The notes under the pieces were generated by a model. It was not told the origin of the DNA and searched no databases. It saw only the letters and a program-made list of their open reading frames with translations. A DNA stretch of 32,000 nucleotides. It comes from Candidatus Scalindua sp. Lineage in GTDB: Bacteria > Planctomycetota > Brocadiia > Brocadiales > Scalinduaceae. The stretch covers positions 3,960,001 through 3,992,000 of the forward strand of contig JALDRA010000001.1 of assembly GCA_031316235.1 (NCBI GenBank). The letters run 5' to 3'. Below are positions 15,213 to 24,594 of the stretch, piece after piece. Each line of letters opens with the position of its first letter. Within the stretch, counting starts at the first letter, position 1. Made by a program: the position numbers and the translations under genes.

Positions 15213-16673
15213 TCAAAAACTGAGTCCCACGCTTACTTCCCCTACATTTTTTACCAGATCACCATTCGGCAGATTACTGTCACGATTCTGGTAATTATAG
15301 GAAATTTCACCAAAGAGCCACCCCCGGGGTGCAGTATACCTGCCCCTTACCTCCATCCTCACCGTATCTATCTCTTGATGAGTATTAATCAGGGTTCCAT
15401 CTTCACCAAAAATAGGCTGCCTGTCACGAAACCTTCTTCGTTGCCAGGCTGGAGAAAATATAACAGAAAAATTTCCTGGGAATTGATGTGCGTAATCTAT
15501 TCCTAACTGTGTCCAGTACTGCGGATTATTACGCCCGATACCACTGTTTATTATTTCTGTGGGGGTTTTACTGAAATCAATAACATTTTCTCTCTGAAAC
15601 TGCTGTTCTACCAGGCTTCTCTCAAATTTAATTGTCAAAGTATCTCTCCTTGTTACATTAAACCGGTATCCTAACTCGGCTTTATAACCATGAAAATCAG
15701 CAAATATACCGCTGCCATAATTTCTCCAGTTATAATCGCTGTTAAGAAAGAAATGACTCTTCTCTGTGAATCGCCAGATTATATTGAATGGTATCTTTTT
15801 CAAACTGGAATCAGCCCCCTCTCTATTATCATATCTTCTGTGATCATATGAAAAACCTGTTGTTATGTTGATTTTTGGTAAGGGATTAATATCGACTCTG
15901 GCACTCAAGACGTTTGTGTTCCGGTCCTGTCCTCTTTGGGTAAATTCTTTATAAGAAGCATCTCTGTTGACATACTTTATTGAAAAATCTATCTTATCAA
16001 AAAAATCCGGCAGATCTATGACAATAGCTGCTACGTTCGTAGTAAACGTTCTTCGCGGCGTGAAAGTATTAAATTCAAAGGTTTCGAGAATTTCACCTTC
16101 TTCTTCTTCTTCTCCACCTGTAATCACGCCGACAGGATCAATAATAGTTGGATTTGCACGTCGGGTAAATCTACCGGGTGTCGTAATCCTGCTGACACGG
16201 TCTGATAGCCTGATGCTGAATCCATTTGCAAAATTGAAGTTTGCTGAACCACCCCAGCGGCGATTGACATGGTCTTGTTCGGTAGCATGGAATTCATAGC
16301 TGTCCTGGTAATCAAGGATTTCAAACCCATAATCGAAAGCGAGTGAATGATTTCTGACGGGTAATGCAAGTGAAATCTTTGGTTCGTAAGCGACGTAGAA
16401 ATCTTGATGCGGCATTATTCTCCTGCTTGCACTATTGAAAACGTTATCATCATAGCCTCCGGTTATGGAGAACGAAGGATTTATCTCAATTGGTCCAAGG
16501 TTGATATGGCCTGCTGATTGAGGGATCCTCTCCAAGACATCGAGTATCCTCTCTCTTGTCGAAATATCGTCAAATTCTACTGCCGGTATCTCTCTGGCAG
16601 AGCATAATACGCTGATTATGAAACAGATAGAACCAATGAGGTACGTATTTATCCTAAGATTAGTCCCAGACAT
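15213..16673 (-). CDS. Outer-membrane beta-barrel protein (porin-like, function unknown)
   Basis: 486-aa ORF with AAAGGAGC 8 nt upstream of the ATG and a signal peptide (YLIGSICFIISVLCSA). It shows alternating amphipathic beta-strand patterning rich in aromatic residues and Gly, a GGYDDNVFNS motif, and a C-terminal VSVGLSF ending in Phe (OMP sorting signature). Confidence 0.75.
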   Translation of the reverse strand: MSGTNLRINTYLIGSICFIISVLCSAREIPAVEFDDISTRERILDVLERIPQSAGHINLGPIEINPSFSITGGYDDNVFNSASRRIMPHQDFYVAYEPKISLALPVRNHSLAFDYGFEILDYQDSYEFHATEQDHVNRRWGGSANFNFANGFSIRLSDRVSRITTPGRFTRRANPTIIDPVGVITGGEEEEEGEILETFEFNTFTPRRTFTTNVAAIVIDLPDFFDKIDFSIKYVNRDASYKEFTQRGQDRNTNVLSARVDINPLPKINITTGFSYDHRRYDNREGADSSLKKIPFNIIWRFTEKSHFFLNSDYNWRNYGSGIFADFHGYKAELGYRFNVTRRDTLTIKFERSLVEQQFQRENVIDFSKTPTEIINSGIGRNNPQYWTQLGIDYAHQFPGNFSVIFSPAWQRRRFRDRQPIFGEDGTLINTHQEIDTVRMEVRGRYTAPRGWLFGEISYNYQNRDSNLPNGDLVKNVGEVSVGLSF

Positions 16674-17064
16674 TGAAATTAGCTCCTTTCAGTTGCTAAT
16701 TTATCCTTTAAGTTAGAAATAATGAGAAAATTCTGAATCATTATTCGATCTCTTTCTCAATCAAAAGCAGGCAGATTTTCACAATTTTTTAAAGATGAAC
16801 AAAATTTCTATAGAGATATGGAACACATGCAATGAAACTGAGAGTATAATCTACTTCTCCACAGGATAAACATGGTTGTATAATCAAAAACGACAGAATA
16901 ATATAAGTGCCATGAAAATCTGGGTTTAATAAGTAGGATAGCGGGTAGAAACAGAAAGCGCGTATACTACACTTTTGTAAATTAAAATGCAAGGGGAAAA
17001 TGATTTTAAATAGCCAGGAATTAATAAAAAGAGTGCTCCGTTAATAAAAAATATCAAAAACAAC

Positions 17065-17093
17065 TTGACAAAACTGCCCACAGAGTCTAAGAT
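17065..17093 (+). promoter_or_regulatory. Candidate sigma70-type promoter (TTGACA-17 nt-TAAGAT) with an A/T-rich UP-like tract
   Basis: A perfect -35 hexamer, 17-nt spacer and 4/6 -10 hexamer, preceded by TTAATAAAAAATATCAAAAACAAC. It lies about 710 nt upstream of the coaE ATG, and no ORF lies between. Confidence 0.4.
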
Positions 17094-17805
17094 GTGGACG
17101 TTTCCTCTTTTTCAGATCGCTCCTTTATGCTACATCGCTTGGATCCTCATTTAATTATGCGTTGGACAGCAATTGCTCTTATCGAGATTCACTCATTTGA
17201 TTGCAGCCGTATAATAAAATAAGCCAGTGCCTGTCAATACACGAGATGCTTGAATTTTGAAATAACAAATTTTCTCATAGAGTAAAAATCGATGATATAT
17301 TCGGACTGAAACAATTACCTCCAGGCTGCTTTTCTGATAATATACCTCTCTAATTATTGCTTATCAAGAATAACTTTATCACATTAACTAATTACAACGG
17401 CTAATCAGACGAAGTACATCCAACGTGTCAGAATTAATTTCCCATAATGACGGCCATTATCAATTTTCTGTGACGTTTTATACCATAAAAGGGCTTAACA
17501 ACCAGCAACGGCCAGCCGATAACTGCTGTATGCAGTAGCACTGTGAGATCTCGAAAAATCTTAAAAGAGCAGAATCCATATTAGAGTACTATGGTTTAGT
17601 CGGTGATCAGCCCTCCTTTCAACTTGCAAGAGATGAAATTTATAAGATATTCAATAAAACTATACCAGGCAAACCGTTTTTACAAGAGCTTCTTATTGTT
17701 TTGTATTGTAATGGGCTCCAACTTTTCCAAATTTCTGTGGTTAGACCATGAATCTGACACCAATAAGAGCGCTATCTCACGAAATGCATATTTGTTCACG
17801 TCTCT

Positions 17806-18456
17806 ATGGGAAAAGTAATAGGCATAACGGGTGGTGTCGCAAGTGGAAAGAGTACTGTTGCACAGATGCTTGTATCAGAGGGTGCGCAGATAATTGATGC
17901 TGACAAAATTTGCCACCGGCTCCTGGAAAACAGCGAGGTAAAAAATTTAATCAGGGAAAGATGGGGAAACAAGGTTGAAGACGAAAACGGTACAATAAAC
18001 AGACATGTGCTCGGAAACATTGTGTTTTCCGACAGAAAAGAGCTGTCAGCTTTAAATCAGATTATCCATCCCAGGGCAATAAAACTCATAAAGAGTAAAA
18101 TCCACGAACTAACGGTTAATGGTGAAACAGACCTTATAGTTATTGATGCTGCCCTGCTCGTTGAAACAAACCTTATTGATTTGTGTGACAAGATACTCTT
18201 TGTTAAGACGAGCCGCGACATTTGTGAAAAGAGAGCACAGGTATATCGTAAATGGCCTTTATGTGAAATAGAAAAGAGAGAAAGATTTCAAGATTCAATA
18301 AAAGATAAAATGCAGACTGCAGATATCATAATAAACAATGACTTCTCGAAAGCAGATACTTTCAAGCAAGTGAAAGATTTTTTGAAACAATTTATAACAA
18401 ATTTACAATTTGGAGGTAATAATGGTTACAGCAAAAACGAAAGCACCACAAACTGA
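17806..18456 (+). CDS. coaE: Dephospho-CoA kinase
   Basis: 216-aa ORF. The N-terminal [19 protein letters not shown]-loop followed by IIDADKI is diagnostic of CoaE. Confidence 0.9.
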   Translation: MGKVIGITGGVASGKSTVAQMLVSEGAQIIDADKICHRLLENSEVKNLIRERWGNKVEDENGTINRHVLGNIVFSDRKELSALNQIIHPRAIKLIKSKIHELTVNGETDLIVIDAALLVETNLIDLCDKILFVKTSRDICEKRAQVYRKWPLCEIEKRERFQDSIKDKMQTADIIINNDFSKADTFKQVKDFLKQFITNLQFGGNNGYSKNESTTN

Positions 18457-19753
18457 CGAAAAAGATACAAATGAGAGGTACGAAGAGATAAAAAAAGGTG
18501 ATATGCACATAACTGCACTTCAGAAAATGACCATAAAGGAACTGCAGGATACATCCAAGAAAGAAGGAATAAAGGAGTATACCGGACTAAAAAAACAGGA
18601 TTTAATATTTAAAATCCTTAAGGAACGGGTTAACCAGAATGGCCTCATGTTTGGTGAAGGGGTTGCTGAAGTATTATCTGAAGGATTTGGATTTTTACGT
18701 TCACCAGACTATAATTACCTGCCTTGTCCCGATGATATTTATATCTCCCCCTCACAAATCAGACGTTTTGGCATCAGGACAGGAGCGATAATCTCAGGGC
18801 AAATCCGACCGCCAAAGGAAAATGAAAGATATTTCGCCCTGCTCAGAGTAGAGGCCATAAACTTCGAAAATCCGGATATAATGAATGAAAATATTGTTTT
18901 TGACGATCTGACACCACTCCATCCTGCAAACCGTCTGCTGTTAGAAGTAAAAAAAGATGAAATTGAAATGAGAATAATCGACTTAATCACCCCGATAGGC
19001 AAAGGCCAGCGTGGGTTGATTGTTGCACCGCCCCGTACAGGTAAAACTGTCCTGCTCCAGGAAATGGCCAACAGTATCACAAAGAACCACCCTGAAGTGT
19101 ATCTCATCATTCTTTTAATTGACGAACGGCCTGAAGAGGTAACAGATATGGATCGTTCTGTTCAAGCCGAAGTAATCGGGTCAACATTTGATGAGCCGGC
19201 GAGCAGGCATGTCCAGGTTGCAGAGATGGTAATTGAAAAAGCAAAACGTATGGTTGAATACAGGAAAGACGTAGTAATTTTACTCGACTCTATTACACGC
19301 CTTGCAAGGGCGTACAATACAGAAATACCTCACAGCGGAAAAATTTTGTCCGGTGGTGTAGACGCCAGTGCACTGCAAAAACCTAAAAGATTTTTTGGCG
19401 CTGCAAGAAATATTGAGGAAGGTGGAAGTTTAACAATTATAGCTACGGCACTTATCGATACGGGCAGCAGGATGGATGAAGTCATCTTTGAGGAGTTTAA
19501 AGGAACCGGCAATATGGAACTTCATCTGGTCAGAAAACTTGCCGACAGAAGGCTTTTTCCCGCTATAGACATAAACAGATCGGGTACAAGAAAGGAAGAT
19601 CTTCTTCTTGATCCTGAGGAATTAAAGCGGATCTGGACGCTACGCAGGGTATTGAACGAGATGAATCCTTCAGAGGCTCTGGAGCTGCTCATAAAAAAAT
19701 TAGGAAAGGTGCCCACCAATGCGGAGTTCCTCATGAGTATGAATCTTAAATAG
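18422..19753 (+). CDS. rho: Transcription termination factor Rho
   Basis: Contains a Rho_N helix ([21 protein letters not shown]), the RNA-binding GFGFLR motif, Walker A ([15 protein letters not shown]) and [12 protein letters not shown] 18422 is preferred over the track TTG 18410 because GGAGG (18412-18416) lies 5 nt upstream. The CDS overlaps the coaE 3' end by 35 nt. Confidence 0.95.
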   Translation: MVTAKTKAPQTDEKDTNERYEEIKKGDMHITALQKMTIKELQDTSKKEGIKEYTGLKKQDLIFKILKERVNQNGLMFGEGVAEVLSEGFGFLRSPDYNYLPCPDDIYISPSQIRRFGIRTGAIISGQIRPPKENERYFALLRVEAINFENPDIMNENIVFDDLTPLHPANRLLLEVKKDEIEMRIIDLITPIGKGQRGLIVAPPRTGKTVLLQEMANSITKNHPEVYLIILLIDERPEEVTDMDRSVQAEVIGSTFDEPASRHVQVAEMVIEKAKRMVEYRKDVVILLDSITRLARAYNTEIPHSGKILSGGVDASALQKPKRFFGAARNIEEGGSLTIIATALIDTGSRMDEVIFEEFKGTGNMELHLVRKLADRRLFPAIDINRSGTRKEDLLLDPEELKRIWTLRRVLNEMNPSEALELLIKKLGKVPTNAEFLMSMNLK

Positions 19754-19829
19754 AAAACAAGGATAAAGGCTGCCGCTTCTTTTTTTTATCTTGTGAAGGA
19801 CACCGCACATTCATCCTCTTGAGTTTTAT

Positions 19830-21644
19830 CTATTTCCGGTTTTTTCCTATCAAATAAACCATTAAAATTGAGATATCAGCAGGAGACACGCCCGAAATAC
19901 GTGAAGCCTGACCCAAGGAAACCGGATGGATCTCGTGTAGCTTCTGGCGAGCCTCTTTCCTCAGCCCCGGAATGTCTTCATATTTAAACCATGACGGAAG
20001 CAGAAAGCTTTCCATTTTCTTGAATTTTTCGATTTGCTGGTGCTGCCTTTCAATATACCCCTTATATTTTATCTCAATTTCTATTTGTTCTTGAGTAGGA
20101 ATCGGGATGTTCAGCTTTCTCAAATCATCGTCTATTTTCAGCAGATCCCTGTAACCAACTTGAGGCCTTCTCAGGAGCTTTGCCAGTGAATCTGTACCGT
20201 TTCGTTTGTGCTCAAGGCATTCTATGTTCTCAGATATTTCTTTTTCCTTTACCTTCAGCTCACTCCATTGTTCTTCTTTTATTAAACCAAACTGATATCC
20301 ATACTTCATAAGCCTTCTATCGGCGTTGTCGTGTCGCAGGATAAGGCGATATTCAGCCCGTGAAGTAAACATTCTGTACGGTTCATTTGTCCCTTTTGTT
20401 ACCAGATCATCTATTAATACACCAATATAGGCCTCTGAACGGTCCAGAATAAAAGGCCTGGAACCCTCGATATTTTTTACAGCATTTATTCCGGCCATAA
20501 TACCCTGGGCTGCAGCTTCTTCATATCCAGAAGTTCCATTTATCTGGCCGGCCAAAAAGAGGTTTTCAACAACCTTTGTCTCTAAAGAATGCTTGATCTG
20601 TGTGGGTGGGACATAATCATATTCAATTGCATAACCGTAGCGCGTAATCTCCGCCTTTTCCAACCCCTTGATCGAATGAACCATGGCTTCCTGCACATCA
20701 TACGGAACTGAAGTAGAGATACCGTTACAATAGACTTCTGAAGTGCTCCGCCCTTCTGGTTCAACAAAAATCTGATGCCGTGATTTGTCAGGAAATCTTA
20801 CAATTTTGTCTTCGATGGAAGGGCAATAACGTGGTCCAGTTCCATTAATTTGTCCTGTATAAAGCGGAGAGCGATCTAAATTTGACAGAACAATACTGTG
20901 GGTTACATCATTCGTGTGCGTTATATAGCACTTCACCTGATCTTGAGAGAGTTTTTTTGTAGAAAAGGAGAATGCCGTAGGTTGCTCATCTCCCTCTTGT
21001 TCCTGCAGAATATTGTAGTTAATTGTTTTGCCGTTTAGACGCGGAGAGGTTCCCGTTTTAAGTCTATCAATCTCAAAGCCAAGATTTTTCAAACCATCTG
21101 ATAATGTATCAGAAGAAGGCTCACTTGCCCTACCGCCTTTTTCCGTATGGCTTCCTATGTGAATTTTTCCGTTTAAAAAGGTACCAGTTGTTAGAATTAC
21201 GGCTTTTGCATGATATCGTATCCCATTTTTGCTGATGAGTCCGAAAGCTCTTCCATTCTTAACGATAATTGTATCGACAGTGTCCTGACGCAACGACAGC
21301 TTTTCCTGCGACTCTAATCTCCTCTTCATGGAAAACTGATACAGCTTCTTATCCGCTTGTGCACGGGGTGATCTGACCGCATGTCCTTTGCTTGCGTTCA
21401 GTAATCGAAACTGGATTCCGGTTTCATCGATTACCTTTCCCATTTCTCCTCCAAGCGCGTCTACTTCCCGTACCAATTGCCCCTTTGCAAGACCACCAAT
21501 CGCCGGATTGCATGACATTTTGGCAACTGTATCCAGGTTTATGGAAAGCAGAGCTGTACGCATACCCATCCGTGCCGCGACCAAAGCAGCTTCACATCCG
21601 GCATGTCCTGCCCCCACAACAACAACGTCATAGTCTAAGTGCAT
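19830..21644 (-). CDS. mnmG: tRNA uridine-5-carboxymethylaminomethyl(34) synthesis enzyme MnmG (GidA)
   Basis: 604-aa ORF with an FAD-binding N-terminus ([23 protein letters not shown]), then [23 protein letters not shown] and [16 protein letters not shown]. Confidence 0.95.
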   Translation of the reverse strand: MHLDYDVVVVGAGHAGCEAALVAARMGMRTALLSINLDTVAKMSCNPAIGGLAKGQLVREVDALGGEMGKVIDETGIQFRLLNASKGHAVRSPRAQADKKLYQFSMKRRLESQEKLSLRQDTVDTIIVKNGRAFGLISKNGIRYHAKAVILTTGTFLNGKIHIGSHTEKGGRASEPSSDTLSDGLKNLGFEIDRLKTGTSPRLNGKTINYNILQEQEGDEQPTAFSFSTKKLSQDQVKCYITHTNDVTHSIVLSNLDRSPLYTGQINGTGPRYCPSIEDKIVRFPDKSRHQIFVEPEGRSTSEVYCNGISTSVPYDVQEAMVHSIKGLEKAEITRYGYAIEYDYVPPTQIKHSLETKVVENLFLAGQINGTSGYEEAAAQGIMAGINAVKNIEGSRPFILDRSEAYIGVLIDDLVTKGTNEPYRMFTSRAEYRLILRHDNADRRLMKYGYQFGLIKEEQWSELKVKEKEISENIECLEHKRNGTDSLAKLLRRPQVGYRDLLKIDDDLRKLNIPIPTQEQIEIEIKYKGYIERQHQQIEKFKKMESFLLPSWFKYEDIPGLRKEARQKLHEIHPVSLGQASRISGVSPADISILMVYLIGKNRK

Positions 21645-21689
21645 TTTTTTTCAAATTCCAACGAGCCGTTAATTAATTTACTGGAAACT

Positions 21690-23243
21690 CTATCTCGCCT
21701 TTTCAACAATCCGTTTTTCCCTGATTACCGTAACTGTTACTTCTCCCGGATATTCCAGTTCGTCTTCAATCCCTTTGGCAATGTCATGACAGATTTTTGC
21801 AGCGAGATTATCGCCAACCTTGTCTGGATGAACGATTACACGTACTTCTCTGCCGGCCTGAATTGCATAAGCGCTTTCAACACCGTTGAAAGACATGGCA
21901 ATGCTCTGCAGCTTTTCCAGGCGTTTAATATATTTCTCAAGTGTTTCTCTTCTTGCGCCGGGCCTGCTCGCTGAAATAGCATCTGCAGCATTTACTAAAA
22001 CTGAGTATACTGTTTCAACCGGGACCTCTTCATGGTGTGAAGCTATCGCATTCACCACCTCGGGTTTCTCATCCAATCTTTTGGCAATGTCAGCACCAAC
22101 TAATGCATGTGTACCCTCAACATCACCACTCACCGCCTTTCCAATATCATGTAAAAGCCCACATCTCTTGGCCAGTTGAGAATCCAGATTTAATTCACCT
22201 GCCAGGATACCCATGAGTTGAGATACTTCGATAGAGTGTTGAAGTTGATTCTGTCCGTAACTTGTACGGTAACGCAACCGACCAATCAGATTACTGATTT
22301 CCGGATGCAGATCCAGGATCCCAAGATCGAAACATGTCTGCTTTCCCGTTTCCTGAATAATTTGTTCAATCTCTTTTTCTGTATCCTTTACAACCTCTTC
22401 AATACGTGTTGGATGGATTCTCCCGTCTAAAATCAATTTCTTTATAGCTACCCGCGCAACTTCCCTGCGGACACTGTCAAACCCGGAAAGCACTATGCTT
22501 CCAGGAGTATCATCAACAATTACGTCAATGCCCGTAGCCTTTTCAAAGGCCCGAATATTTCTCCCTTCCCTGCCGATTATACGGCCTTTCATTTCATCAC
22601 TTGGCAATTCAATAGTGCTTACAACATTTTCCAGAGTGTTTTTTGCCGTACAGCGCTGTATTGCCGTGCATATGAGAGAAACCGCACTTGTTTCAGCGGT
22701 CTCTTTAGCTTTTTGAATATGCTTTTCAATCAGATTCGCACATTCCTGCTCCATCTCTTTTTCAAGACGGCTTAATAAAAGTTTTTCTGCATTTTCCTGT
22801 TCTAAACCTGAAATTCTCAGGAGCGCGCCTTTCTCTTCCTGAATCAGATCATCAAGTTCTATCTTTTTCTTATTGAGTTCTCTTTCTTTATTTGACAAAT
22901 TCGAGGCTAAGTTCTCAAGGTATTTCTCCTTTTTTGTTGAGAGATCTATCTTCCTCTCAAGATTGTCCTCCCGTTTACTTAATCGGCGTTCCAGATGACG
23001 TAATTCCTGTTTTGTCTCTTGTGATTCCTTTTCAAAAGATTCTCTTCTTTTATAAATTTCCTCTCTGGCAACAATTTCTGCATTCTTAATTATGACTTCT
23101 GATTGAGCCTTCGCATCTCTGATTATGTTTTTTGATGTCCTCTCATTACCGATCTGGCGCAGTTTGAAAAACAAAAGGCATATACAAAAACCAATTCCGA
23201 CACAAACGGGTAGTAACATATAAAATATTGCTGGAATCCTCAA
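21690..23243 (-). CDS. rny: Ribonuclease Y
   Basis: 517-aa ORF with an N-terminal TM helix, a coiled-coil region, a KH domain (IIGREGRNIRAFEKATGIDVIVDD) and an HD domain (LLHDIGKA...ASHHE). The start codon is uncertain (TTG at 23243 or ATG at 23219). Confidence 0.93.
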   Translation of the reverse strand: MRIPAIFYMLLPVCVGIGFCICLLFFKLRQIGNERTSKNIIRDAKAQSEVIIKNAEIVAREEIYKRRESFEKESQETKQELRHLERRLSKREDNLERKIDLSTKKEKYLENLASNLSNKERELNKKKIELDDLIQEEKGALLRISGLEQENAEKLLLSRLEKEMEQECANLIEKHIQKAKETAETSAVSLICTAIQRCTAKNTLENVVSTIELPSDEMKGRIIGREGRNIRAFEKATGIDVIVDDTPGSIVLSGFDSVRREVARVAIKKLILDGRIHPTRIEEVVKDTEKEIEQIIQETGKQTCFDLGILDLHPEISNLIGRLRYRTSYGQNQLQHSIEVSQLMGILAGELNLDSQLAKRCGLLHDIGKAVSGDVEGTHALVGADIAKRLDEKPEVVNAIASHHEEVPVETVYSVLVNAADAISASRPGARRETLEKYIKRLEKLQSIAMSFNGVESAYAIQAGREVRVIVHPDKVGDNLAAKICHDIAKGIEDELEYPGEVTVTVIREKRIVEKAR

Positions 23244-23432
23244 GATATCATTAATAGAAAATCACCTCCTTTTACTACAAGCATCAACGTCCAGTTAACA
23301 AAAAACAAGCTATGATTTTATATAACTGAAATTCCATAGTCAAGTAATATATTTGGACTTAGCAATATTTAGAGCTATAGTCTACCTATTGAAGAGGTTG
23401 AACAGATGTATAGCCTTTGATATCATAAAATA

Positions 23433-23460
23433 TTGACAACGTAAATGACCTCTGTATAAT
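23433..23460 (+). promoter_or_regulatory. Near-consensus sigma70 promoter for holB (TTGACA-16 nt-TATAAT with extended -10 TG)
   Basis: TTGACA at 23433-23438 and TGTATAAT at 23453-23460, about 60 nt upstream of the holB ATG, in the divergent rny/holB intergenic region. Confidence 0.6.
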
Positions 23461-23520
23461 CTAACTTCATCAGTGAATCGGTGACGTATAGAAAACCGTT
23501 TTTTCCATTCCTCAAATAAT

Positions 23521-24558
23521 ATGTCATTTAATACTATTGTATCTCAAGACCACGTCATCAATTACTTCAAGCGTGCTTCTGAAATCAGGCATCTATCACA
23601 CGCGTATATTTTTACCGGGCAGGAAGGTCTGGGAAAATCACTTTTTACGAGAGAATTTATAAAAGCGCTCTTTTGTAAAAAAAATAAAAACTTCCATTGT
23701 GACGTGTGCCATAACTGTGTCCGTATTGATGAATTTAATCATCCAGACATTCATTGGGAGATTTCAGACAAAAAGGAAAAATTCATAAAGATAGAACGGA
23801 TACGCGATCTCCAGCATAAATCAAGCCTCTGCCCCGTGGAATTAAACTATAAGGTTTTCGTTATCAAGGATGCGGAGAAAATGAATGAAGAGGCGGCAAA
23901 CTGTTTACTCAAGACCATAGAAGAACCCGCACCAAATACTCTTTTTATCCTTATCACCAATTCACTGTCTCGTTTAAAAGAAACCATTATTTCTCGCTGT
24001 CAGGTGATAAGGTTTAAGCCCATCAACACGCAGGTGATTAAAGAATATTTGTTGAAAAATTTCAACAACGACACAGAGGAGATAGAATGGGCAGCCAATT
24101 ACTGTTGCGGAAGTATAGGCAGGGCGTGTAATTTACTGAAGGAAGGCTTTTTTCAAAAAAATAACGATGTTCTAAAACAGATATCAGGTTTAAAGAGAGA
24201 ATACAACCTTTCCTGTGCAGAGGAGTTTGTTAAATCTGCCTTGACTTCTGCCGACTCATTAGAAGAAGGCAGGCAGGCCATCCGGGATATTCTTAATTGT
24301 GTTCTCCGATATTATCGCGACCTGTTAATCTTCAAAATTTATACAAGAGACAACAAGGAAATTACCACGGTTCCCCTTTTCAATGGGAACCGTGCGGATT
24401 CCATTCGTGTTCACAGTAATCTCTCTTCCGGAGAGAAAATCATGAAAATAATTGATGAACTTCTGCTTTCATTAGAATATCTTGATTGTAATGTCAATAT
24501 TCATCTGCTGGTCGAAAACCTTGTTACCAGAATCGCATTAGCAGGAGACCACCGGTAA
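23521..24558 (+). CDS. holB: DNA polymerase III subunit delta prime
   Basis: 345-aa ORF with HAYIFTGQEGLGKSLF (degenerate P-loop), a Cys-rich zinc module (CKKNKNFHCDVCHNCVRI), KVFVIKDAEKMNEEAANCLLKTIEEP and SRCQVIRFKP (sensor motifs). Confidence 0.9.
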   Translation: MSFNTIVSQDHVINYFKRASEIRHLSHAYIFTGQEGLGKSLFTREFIKALFCKKNKNFHCDVCHNCVRIDEFNHPDIHWEISDKKEKFIKIERIRDLQHKSSLCPVELNYKVFVIKDAEKMNEEAANCLLKTIEEPAPNTLFILITNSLSRLKETIISRCQVIRFKPINTQVIKEYLLKNFNNDTEEIEWAANYCCGSIGRACNLLKEGFFQKNNDVLKQISGLKREYNLSCAEEFVKSALTSADSLEEGRQAIRDILNCVLRYYRDLLIFKIYTRDNKEITTVPLFNGNRADSIRVHSNLSSGEKIMKIIDELLLSLEYLDCNVNIHLLVENLVTRIALAGDHR

Positions 24559-24594
24559 TGGACATTTTTATATGCATAATGCGTACAGGCGGTT

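Noticed and set aside
17603-17818. 71-aa ORF immediately upstream of and overlapping the coaE start
   Set aside because: It has no SD and no recognisable motif, its composition is typical of translated A/T-rich spacer, and it overlaps the well-supported coaE start.
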